Positions 1-5,773 of a stretch of DNA of 5,955 bases are shown piece by piece. Position numbers and translations under genes: made by a program. The stretch spans positions 1-5,955 of the IMG/VR virus record IMGVR_UViG_3300029374_000071; one strand, 5' to 3'. The stretch comes from a virus. Within the stretch, counting starts at the first letter, position 1; each line of letters opens with the position of its first letter. Below the pieces are notes generated by a model. That model was given only the letters and a program-made list of their open reading frames with translations, was not told the DNA's origin and did no database searches.

Positions 1-103
1 GTTTCGCGCGTGCGCGCGCAATACCTTAGCATCAATCGATGCGACAGCCCCCGCGTTAGGGGGCGACGTCGCAAGGGGGCCGTTAACGGTAGTTAACGGC
101 CCC
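1..103. repeat. Left copy of the exact 103-nt terminal redundancy, identical to 5853-5955. The simplest reading is a circular genome of about 5,852 nt linearised with overlap.
   Basis: Direct comparison: 1-103 (gtttcgcgcgtgcgcgcgcaatacc...gtagttaacggcccc) matches 5853-5955 base for base. The content between the copies is one full complement of Microviridae genes. Confidence 0.85.
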
Positions 104-104
104 C
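29..104. promoter_or_regulatory. Cluster of three tandem GC-rich hairpins or nested palindromes. It is a candidate ssDNA origin or primosome-assembly-like element, or another cis-acting site.
   Basis: H0 29-42: GCATC-aatc-GATGC. H1: GCCCCC-gcgtta-GGGGGC at 47-64, flanked by GCGAC (41-45) and GTCGC (68-72). GCGACGTCGC at 63-72 is a perfect 10-bp palindrome. H2: a perfect 13-bp stem GGGGGCCGTTAAC (75-87) paired with GTTAACGGCCCCC (92-104) around a 4-nt loop ggta. It contains a nested palindrome CCGTTAACGG. This block is far more GC-rich than the rest of the genome. Confidence 0.5.
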
Positions 105-221
105 ACTCTACACACTCTTATACTCTGCTGCTCTTCTCTTTGGTGTCCCTGTGTTGGGAAACCTTAGCTTTGCGCGGAAGGGCTTTTATTTTGCTTTGTT
201 TGCTCTATCTATTACTTGTTG

Positions 222-236
222 TAGTAGTAGTAGTAG
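222..236. repeat. (TAG)5 trinucleotide microsatellite in the non-coding region.
   Basis: tagtagtagtagtag read directly from the sequence. Confidence 0.9.
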
Positions 237-240
237 GGAC

Positions 241-406
241 TGTTGAAACTGTTGAAAAGTCTAATTTTTAGCGTTGATACGCATATTTATCACCTTTTTT
301 CTTGTTTAAAGTTTTGTTGAAAACTTGTTGAATTGTTGAAAGTTCGTCAAATTGCCCTATTTCTTTGTGCAACTTTTTGTTGAAAACCTGTTGAAACTGT
401 TGAAAA
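241..406. repeat. Iteron array of eight copies of TGTTGAAA(A/C), with one variant TGTTGAAT. It is bounded by identical 18-mer dimer iterons TGTTGAAACTGTTGAAAA at 241-258 and 389-406.
   Basis: Copies at 241, 250, 315, 326 (TGTTGAAT), 334, 378, 389 and 398. The 13-mer TTTTGTTGAAAAC occurs twice, at 312-324 and 375-387. Spacing is 9-11 nt, about one helical turn. The array lies immediately after the VP2 stop at 408-410. Confidence 0.8.
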
Positions 407-407
407 C

Positions 408-1277
408 TTAATTTCCTGTATACGCGTCCATTATTTGATTAGGATTGATTGATGGATATGGTGTGATGTTTTTCCCACCTTTTTTCCAACTGTCTTTAAA
501 AGCTGATGCGGCTTTTCTGCCTGCACCTTTTACTGCGTTGCCCGCTTTATCTCCTGCGTCTCCAAGCTTGTCAAGCAAGTTGTTTGCCGCGTAGCTGTAA
601 TTGCTGACCTGTTTTGCACTTGACTGTGCTAGACTGCTTGCCGCTTCTTCAAAGCTCTTTGCTGAATGGTATTGTTTTGCGCTGGTGCTCTTTTTTGCCA
701 GTTCTAAGTATCTGTTTGCTAGCTCTGCAGTGTTGTTGCCGTACTCATACATAGCAGATACTGCTGCCGCCTGTGCGCTCTGCTGGTTGTAGTGTTGTGT
801 TCCGATGCTTGCGCTTGCTCCGCTTGGTGTTGCTGTAGCACCGTTGTTTGCTGCTAGTATAGGATTGATACCCGCCGCGATCATGTCCTTTACAGTGTCC
901 TGATATGCTGTTCCCCGCATTTCTTTTGCAAAGGCTCTTTCTGCCGCTGCTTCTGCGCTGTTGTACTTCTTTGCGCTTGCTTGGCTGCCTGCGTTCATGA
1001 CATTACTTAGAATTGAGCTTAAGTAGCTTAGCTTGTTTGCGTTGTTTACGCTTCCCTGATTGTTGTATGTTGTGATGCCTGTTGGTGTTCCAATTTGCGT
1101 TGAACCAATTTGCTGTGGCGCTGTTAGGCTTCCGGTTGTCGTTTCGCTTCCGGTTGTCGTTTCTTCTCCGGCTTTTTGACTGCTTTGTGCATTGCTTGTG
1201 TTCGTGTTTTGTATGATGCCTGAGATTAGACTAAGCCCCTGCATTATGTACGGCATCCATGATAAAAGTGTACCCAT
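408..1277 (-). CDS. DNA pilot / minor capsid protein (VP2-like, analogous to phiX174 H).
   Basis: The 289-aa ORF lies directly downstream of the major capsid gene, as in gokushoviruses. Its composition is low-complexity and rich in A/Q/S/G/N/T, typical of microvirus VP2/H pilot proteins. The Shine-Dalgarno GAAAGGAGAAA lies upstream, separated from the ATG by a hairpin. Assignment rests on position and composition, not on a recognised motif. Confidence 0.6.
   Translation of the reverse strand: MGTLLSWMPYIMQGLSLISGIIQNTNTSNAQSSQKAGEETTTGSETTTGSLTAPQQIGSTQIGTPTGITTYNNQGSVNNANKLSYLSSILSNVMNAGSQASAKKYNSAEAAAERAFAKEMRGTAYQDTVKDMIAAGINPILAANNGATATPSGASASIGTQHYNQQSAQAAAVSAMYEYGNNTAELANRYLELAKKSTSAKQYHSAKSFEEAASSLAQSSAKQVSNYSYAANNLLDKLGDAGDKAGNAVKGAGRKAASAFKDSWKKGGKNITPYPSINPNQIMDAYTGN
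1131..1166 (-). repeat. In-frame 18-nt tandem duplication inside VP2, encoding ETTTGS-ETTTGS.
   Basis: tccggttgtcgtttcgct at 1131-1148 and tccggttgtcgtttcttc at 1149-1166 on the plus strand. The protein shows ...GEETTTGSETTTGSLT... Confidence 0.85.
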
Positions 1278-1279
1278 TT

Positions 1280-1305
1280 AAAAATAGCCGGGTCTTTGCC
1301 CGGCT
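1280..1305 (-). terminator. Rho-independent-terminator-like hairpin between the VP1 stop and the VP2 start. It also sits between the VP2 Shine-Dalgarno and its ATG.
   Basis: Minus-strand reading: TAA(VP1 stop) GAAAGGAGAA AGCCGGG-caaaga-CCCGGCT ATTTTTAA ATG(VP2). There is a 7-bp GC stem, a 6-nt loop and a downstream T-run. Confidence 0.55.
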
Positions 1306-1315
1306 TTCTCCTTTC

Positions 1316-2965
1316 TTAGATTCTTTCGATGCCCGGGATGCTGTAGATAGGCATTTCCCGGAACCACGTTTCATTGAACCAGAAGTCACACAAGAACTGG
1401 TGTGATACTGCGGAAGTTACTGCGATAGTTCTATCGATGTTTTCACGTCCTTCCTGAATCCACTCCGCTGACAGTTTAGGCAGAGTGGAATAGTCGTCTG
1501 CATAGTGCCATGCATCTAGGCTTTTCTGATAGTTTGACCTCATTTCACCGGTTACATAAGAAGGTTTGTAGCGGTAATCCGCCCAAGCCTCTTGATAGCC
1601 AAAAATTTGGCTATCTTTTTCGCTTCCGTCTGCGTATATTTCTTGGTTATATACTGGCTGTTCGCCGAGGGCCGCAAGTCTCGGATCGTAGTACGTGAAT
1701 CGACCGCCGCGCGTCCATTTGGTTGCAAGGCCCTGTTGGTAGCTGTGTTCTACTCTCACTACTGCCAGCCCGATGATGTAACCGTACTCTGTGGCCGCAT
1801 AGTCTGCCATCTGCTTAGAACAGGTTGTCAGGCTATATGCTGCAGTGTTGCCCAGTGCCTGCCCGGTTGTGTTGTCCGTTTGGCTGGTCTGCACCACCTG
1901 GTTCACATTGATTGCAATGCGCTGCCCGCCGATGTATTCAGGAATTTGCAGACGGCTGTCCGGACTCGTTACGCCCCACGTTCCGGAAAGGAATTCTCTG
2001 TACCTCGTGCCGTTTCTGGCATCGGCCTCGAAGATGTGCTGTATAGCAATGGCCTGCCGCAAGTCGTTTATGGTCGTTTGTGCTCCTAAGGATTTATCTG
2101 ATGCTTTTTCCAGATTTGCGTACAGGTTGCCTTGTTTAATCTCGGTTCCTGCTGCTGTTGCTGCGCCACTTACTGTTGCAGGTCCGCCGCCTCCGCCGTC
2201 TATGCTTCCTGTTGCTCCACCATATCCTTCCATCCAGATTGTTGACTGTTGTTCTCTTCCGTCAAGTGTTCTCAGCTCTACCGGATACAGTCCTGACAGC
2301 GGCAGCGTTACCGGCTCTGTACTTTTCAAAGGCGAAGGTAAACACGATGTGAAATAATCGTGGAATTTGCCTGCGCGTGCCGGCTTCATTGCATATAACG
2401 TTGCTTCGTTCATGTTGGTCGTCTGTTCGATGGCGTTTGCATTTGCTGTTACATTGTTTGGGTTTTCGTTCGTGTCGCCTTCATCTGTTTTTTTGTATCC
2501 CAGCATAAGCGGCGCTTCAACATTTTCATCTCGAAACCACTCGTTGTATATCTTGCAGTATGCTCGTGCCGGCAAAGCGTTCACTTTCAGCGCGTTCGTT
2601 ACCTGTGTCGGTAGTCCGAAGTAGTCACCGATAGAGCCATTTGCAAGTCCACTTTCGCCGCCGATGGTGCACTTAGGTGTGGCATACTCTGTTTTCTCTT
2701 CCCAGTAGTCGTTATCATTTTCACCGAACATATTTTCAAAGTGATCCCATAAAAGTCTTGCAGGCACGAAGAAAAAATATGTGTCCATGTAGCAGTTATC
2801 CATGATAGGATAGATAGGAGTGCTCATACGAATTAGCCCGTTAAGCTGTACCCGTGCTGTGTCACCCGGGAGCACTTCATCCATATAGATGGGTACTAAC
2901 TCACCTTCGTTGATCGTCGTCAAAAGCTGATGACTACGGTCAAATTTCGATCGCGGTCTTTCCAT
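1316..2965 (-). CDS. Major capsid protein VP1 (Microviridae F-protein family, gokushovirus type).
   Basis: 549 aa. The N-terminal block KFDRSHQLLTTINEGELVPIYMDEVLPGDT...TPIYPIMDN...DTYFFFVPARLLW and the later block TINDLRQAIAIQHIFEADARNGTRY match conserved signatures I recall from Chlamydia-phage and SpV4-type VP1. A Gly-rich variable insert (GGATGSIDGGGGGPATVSGAATAAG) fits the hypervariable surface loop. The length is typical for gokushovirus VP1. Confidence 0.95.
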   Translation of the reverse strand: MERPRSKFDRSHQLLTTINEGELVPIYMDEVLPGDTARVQLNGLIRMSTPIYPIMDNCYMDTYFFFVPARLLWDHFENMFGENDNDYWEEKTEYATPKCTIGGESGLANGSIGDYFGLPTQVTNALKVNALPARAYCKIYNEWFRDENVEAPLMLGYKKTDEGDTNENPNNVTANANAIEQTTNMNEATLYAMKPARAGKFHDYFTSCLPSPLKSTEPVTLPLSGLYPVELRTLDGREQQSTIWMEGYGGATGSIDGGGGGPATVSGAATAAGTEIKQGNLYANLEKASDKSLGAQTTINDLRQAIAIQHIFEADARNGTRYREFLSGTWGVTSPDSRLQIPEYIGGQRIAINVNQVVQTSQTDNTTGQALGNTAAYSLTTCSKQMADYAATEYGYIIGLAVVRVEHSYQQGLATKWTRGGRFTYYDPRLAALGEQPVYNQEIYADGSEKDSQIFGYQEAWADYRYKPSYVTGEMRSNYQKSLDAWHYADDYSTLPKLSAEWIQEGRENIDRTIAVTSAVSHQFLCDFWFNETWFREMPIYSIPGIERI

Positions 2966-2990
2966 GCGCGGTACTTGCGCGAAATGCGAT

Positions 2991-3401
2991 TCACTGTTCC
3001 GGTTCGTTCTTCTTCACCTCTTCTTTCTTTTCTTCCTGCTTCGGCTGTTCGGTCTGTTTCAGCTGTTCCAGCGTTTCTGCTGCCGCCTGTGCCTTTTCTT
3101 GCATCGCCACAATGTCTTTAGGAAGGTTTTCCAGCGGCGTGCCTTCGGTGTAAATCGTGCTCTTTGCTTTGATGGAAATATCTCCGGCTTCCAGTCTCGC
3201 GATTGCGCTTGCAAGGTCGTAGCCCTCGCCTGCCTTCTGGATTTTTTCATAGATATTTTCATCTGGCTGTCGGATGTACTCCGTGGTGCCGTTTGCCCGC
3301 TTTACCGCCTTCCATGTCGGTGCCTTTTCGCTTCCGGCTTTGTTTGCCACTCTTTCGGTTGGCATTCCGTAGTAACGTATAAGGACGTTAGGATTTAGCA
3401 T
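2991..3401 (-). CDS. 136-aa highly charged protein immediately upstream of VP1. It may be an internal scaffolding or DNA-binding protein (VP3-like); the function call is tentative.
   Basis: A strong RBS TAAAGGAGAACATCA precedes the ATG at 3401. The start overlaps the stop of the upstream 84-aa ORF by 14 nt. The C-terminus is extremely K/E/Q-rich (EQLKQTEQPKQEEKKEEVKKNEPEQ). The ORF ends 25 nt before the VP1 start. Confidence 0.6.
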   Translation of the reverse strand: MLNPNVLIRYYGMPTERVANKAGSEKAPTWKAVKRANGTTEYIRQPDENIYEKIQKAGEGYDLASAIARLEAGDISIKAKSTIYTEGTPLENLPKDIVAMQEKAQAAAETLEQLKQTEQPKQEEKKEEVKKNEPEQ

Positions 3402-3642
3402 TGATGTTCTCCTTTAAGTCTACTAGACGTGCGATTTGCATTGGTGCTGCGTTGGTCATCGTGCCGTCGTCTGTGTCGAACTCGCCCAGCTCTACCAGGC
3501 TGATATCTTCGATTTCCTGTAGTTTGGAATCGTTTGCTTTCCACTTTGCAGTGCGGATTGCCTGTGCCCGGTTCTGCTGCAAGAACGGGTTGCTGTAGCC
3601 ATTCGTGATTGCATCGTGAAAACTGTAGAATTTCAGTGTCAT
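3388..3642 (-). CDS. 84-aa hypothetical protein, a small phage protein of unknown role.
   Basis: RBS AAAGAGGAATAAAATAT precedes the ATG at 3642. It is co-oriented with, and translationally overlaps, the downstream 136-aa ORF. I do not recognise a motif. Confidence 0.5.
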   Translation of the reverse strand: MTLKFYSFHDAITNGYSNPFLQQNRAQAIRTAKWKANDSKLQEIEDISLVELGEFDTDDGTMTNAAPMQIARLVDLKENINAKS

Positions 3643-3647
3643 ATTTT

Positions 3648-3753
3648 ATTCCTCTTTTTCAAGCTCTTCTGCGTCCTTCACGACTGCGTGGTAGATTTTG
3701 TCTACCATTGCAAGGATTTTCAGCAGGATGTTCATGGTTTCTTTAAAGTCCAT
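3648..3753 (-). CDS. Candidate 36-aa small ORF (MDFKETMNILLKILAMVDKIYHAVVKDAEELEKEE). It is not in the supplied track because it is under 60 aa.
   Basis: Hand translation of the minus strand. The ATG at 3753-3751 follows a textbook RBS, AAAAGGAGATGAACAG-ATG. The stop TAA at 3650-3648 lies 5 nt before the 84-aa ORF start. The sequence has a hydrophobic core and an acidic tail. Confidence 0.4.
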
Positions 3754-3906
3754 CTGTTCATCTCCTTTTATTGTTCCATGTGGAATATTACAGCCGGATA
3801 CCGCCCCGGCTTACCTTCGGTCGGACGTTGATATTTTTCGTCCGTTTTGCGGTCTGCGTAAATTTCCGCTGGTCGCCACGGCCTGCGCCGCTCCGATGTG
3901 ACATTT

Positions 3907-4293
3907 TTACACCCCCTTTCTGTAATATCCTTCGCGAACGTCTACGTGAACAAAATTTTTGTAGCATATTACCCCGCCGTAGTTTTTCATGTATTCGCTC
4001 GCGAATTTTGCTATTTCTTTTGGTGATACATCCTTTATCCTGATGTCTGCTGCCATTCCTTTACAATGATAGCTGTTCTTTGATTTTCCTACTTGTGTAT
4101 TCCACCATGGCGTTCTGTAGCCGCTGTTTACAATCACAGGTTTATTGAAGTTATCTCGAATCATTTCCAGTACTTCGAGTAGTTCTTGGCTTAACAGCAG
4201 TTCTTTTGCTCCGTCTTTGCTTGCCATTTCTTCCGCTGTGAAGTATGCTGAATGTATTTTTGTGTTTCTGTTGATGCAGTAGATTTTTCTCAT
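3907..4293 (-). CDS. Peptidase_M15-like (LAS-family zinc metallopeptidase), a putative peptidoglycan-hydrolysing endolysin.
   Basis: The block SGYRTPWWNTQVGKSKNSYHCKGMAADIRI...FVHVDV matches the His / Asp / His zinc-ligand arrangement and SGYR motif of Peptidase_M15_3 / VanY-like enzymes. The track ORF extends to 4323 only through an upstream TTG. The ATG at 4293-4291 has an excellent RBS (GGAAAAAGGAGCAATAGC-ATG), so I take 4293 as the start, giving 128 aa. Confidence 0.75.
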   Translation of the reverse strand: MRKIYCINRNTKIHSAYFTAEEMASKDGAKELLLSQELLEVLEMIRDNFNKPVIVNSGYRTPWWNTQVGKSKNSYHCKGMAADIRIKDVSPKEIAKFASEYMKNYGGVICYKNFVHVDVREGYYRKGV

Positions 4294-4368
4294 GCTATTG
4301 CTCCTTTTTCCGTATTGTACCAAGCAAACTTCTGGTTGTCAACTGGGAGTTTGCTTCTTTCATGTTTT

Positions 4369-4551
4369 TTATTCCTTTTCTGTGAAGTACATTGCCACTT
4401 TTTCTACTTTTTCCAATGAGTATAGGCCCGGGTTTCTTTTTGCGTATGCTTTCGCCTGTTGTTTTGCGTACTTTGGTTCAGCTGAAATCTTGAGCACGGT
4501 TCTTATCGTTCCGTCATCTTCGAAACTTCTGAGTTCATAGTAATGTGTCAT
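4369..4551 (-). CDS. 60-aa hypothetical protein, the first gene downstream of Rep.
   Basis: The ATG at 4551 is preceded by AGAAAGGAAGGCGGTCAAA and by a near-consensus promoter. The product MTHYYELRSFEDDGTIRTVLKISAEPKYAKQQAKAYAKRNPGLYSLEKVEKVAMYFTEKE has no motif I recognise. Confidence 0.5.
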   Translation of the reverse strand: MTHYYELRSFEDDGTIRTVLKISAEPKYAKQQAKAYAKRNPGLYSLEKVEKVAMYFTEKE

Positions 4552-4572
4552 TTTGACCGCCTTCCTTTCTGT

Positions 4573-4608
4573 GATTATATTCTATCATATTTTTGGGATT
4601 TTTTCAAG
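4573..4608 (-). promoter_or_regulatory. Sigma70-type promoter for the 60-aa ORF and downstream genes.
   Basis: Minus strand: TTGAAA (complement of 4607-4602), then the 17-nt spacer AAATCCCAAAAATATGA, then TAGAAT (complement of 4584-4579) with an upstream TG (extended -10), followed by ATAATCAC. It lies about 25 nt upstream of the ATG at 4551. Confidence 0.5.
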
Positions 4609-4640
4609 TTTTTTTCAAGTTTTTTTCAAGTTTTTTTCTG
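4598..4640. repeat. Three tandem 11-nt repeats TTTTTTTCAAG (minus strand CTTGAAAAAAA). These are phased A-tracts with 11-bp periodicity, each carrying a -35-like TTGAAA.
   Basis: CAAG recurs at 4605, 4616 and 4627 with T7 runs between. The array is flanked by further T/A runs (ctgaaaattttt). Confidence 0.85.
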
Positions 4641-4658
4641 AAAATTTTTCCTAGGATA

Positions 4659-4744
4659 GGAGCGCCGTTAGACTCCCGCCCGCAGGCGCTCCACTTGATA
4701 AGACTGGCTTGCCAGTCAGACTGTCGGGGCGCTCCGTCAGACTT
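4659..4744. repeat. GC-rich block of interleaved inverted and direct repeats immediately downstream of the Rep stop.
   Basis: GGAGCGCC (4659-4666) is the inverse complement of GGCGCTCC, which occurs twice (4685-4692 and 4728-4735). The 16-bp near-palindrome GACTGGCttGCCAGTC is at 4702-4717. AGACT occurs four times (4670, 4701, 4718, 4738). The 13-mers GCGCCGTTAGACT and GCTCCGTCAGACT form a direct-repeat pair. Confidence 0.7.
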
Positions 4745-4773
4745 TGCCGCCACTGCTCACCCTGCTTTATTGG

Positions 4774-5769
4774 CTATAAGGTTTCTTTCGGCTCTCTCCA
4801 TTTCTGTTTTTGCTTGTCTTTTTCCTTTTGTATCTCTAGGTATGTTGAGTACGGAACATTTGTGTTTTGCTCTAAGTTTACAAGGCTTAGCACTGCGTTT
4901 CTTCGTCTTTTGGCTCTTACTGTTCTTAGCTCGTCAGAATGGGCCTTGAAATAGCTTTCAGCGTCTTTGTTGGTATCCTTATCAAGAAGCTTATCAAAGT
5001 ATCTAGGCGGCCTTTTCTGCCGTCCTCCTGCGCATGTGATGTTGTCGGTTTCTAATATTTCGTTCATGTGCTCTTTTAGATACTCTTCTGCGATGCCTTT
5101 TGACATGATTCTAAATTCCGGTTCGCGGCCTTGCATCCAGTATTTTGAGCTCTGCTCTGCTCCGATTGCCTTTTTATTGACGTACTGTGTTACATATGAG
5201 TATGATCCTGGTGCCGCTGGGGAAAAGTCTACGAAGCCTTTTCCCCATATGTTCGTGAGCCATTCGCTTTTAAAGTATGCGTTGCCTTTCTGGTTTTTGT
5301 ACCACACTCCGTCCTCTGGTTTTAGTCCAAAAAAAATTCCGTGGTAGTGTGGCCTTTTTGTTCTGTCTCCATATTCTCCTGCTATGAAGTATTTTATCGG
5401 CTTTTTGTATGCCTTTCTGAGACGTTTTAGAAAAAGTTGTACGTCTCTTTTGCTCACTGTCTGTGATTGGATGCTCTGATAGCCTTTTAGGATTTCGCCA
5501 TAAGGTACGTGTTCCTCGTCATAAGTCATTGTAACGAAAATTACATCATCCCATCTTTTGGCTTCTAGTTCTATTCTCGTTGCCCATTGGTCTGCCATCT
5601 GTTTTCGGCAGTATTCACATTTCCCGCATGGTAACAATGCAAGGTTTCCTTTTTTTACGCCGTCCATGATTGTTTGTTCTAGGTTCTGTTTCTTTAGGTA
5701 CTTTAGACTTCCCCACATGGTTGGTTTTTTTGTGTTCATCTGGAAAACATTCGGATTTGTACATGGCAT
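4774..5769 (-). CDS. Rolling-circle replication initiation protein (Microviridae VP4 / phiX174 gpA family).
   Basis: 331 aa. RCR motif I is FVTMTY, motif II (HUH) is PHYHGIFFG and motif III is YVTQYVNKK, with two tyrosines spaced as in phiX gpA YVAKYVNK. A Cys cluster CGKCEYC is present. The length is typical of gokushovirus VP4. Confidence 0.95.
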   Translation of the reverse strand: MPCTNPNVFQMNTKKPTMWGSLKYLKKQNLEQTIMDGVKKGNLALLPCGKCEYCRKQMADQWATRIELEAKRWDDVIFVTMTYDEEHVPYGEILKGYQSIQSQTVSKRDVQLFLKRLRKAYKKPIKYFIAGEYGDRTKRPHYHGIFFGLKPEDGVWYKNQKGNAYFKSEWLTNIWGKGFVDFSPAAPGSYSYVTQYVNKKAIGAEQSSKYWMQGREPEFRIMSKGIAEEYLKEHMNEILETDNITCAGGRQKRPPRYFDKLLDKDTNKDAESYFKAHSDELRTVRAKRRRNAVLSLVNLEQNTNVPYSTYLEIQKEKDKQKQKWREPKETL

Positions 5770-5773
5770 AGGT

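Noticed and set aside
1-103. Terminal direct repeat read as prophage att sites or an LTR-like element.
   Set aside because: The intervening content is exactly one microvirus genome with no integrase or host genes, and the repeat is 103 nt of structured ori-like sequence. Circular permutation of an assembled circle is more parsimonious. Integration cannot be excluded without flanks.
3059-3262. Minus-strand 67-aa ORF nested in a different frame inside the 136-aa gene, and the 103-aa minus ORF at 5615-5926 overlapping Rep and the NCR.
   Set aside because: These are alternative-frame overlaps with an Arg/Lys-rich, junk-like composition and no RBS. The 5615-5926 ORF runs through the terminal repeat and the Rep start region.
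3822-3848. Plus-strand hairpin CGGACG-N11-CGTCCG followed by TTTTG (terminator-like).
   Set aside because: It is oriented for plus-strand transcription, but no credible plus-strand genes exist. On the coding strand it lacks a downstream U-run. It may only dampen antisense transcription.
4294-4323. Upstream extension of the peptidase ORF to 4323 as given in the track.
   Set aside because: The extension begins with TTG and lacks an RBS. The in-frame ATG at 4293 has a perfect AAAGGAG site 7 nt upstream.
4598-4640. Possible CRISPR or other spacer-repeat array.
   Set aside because: The repeats are 11 nt and contiguous, with no spacers, so this is not CRISPR architecture. They are phased A-tract promoter elements.
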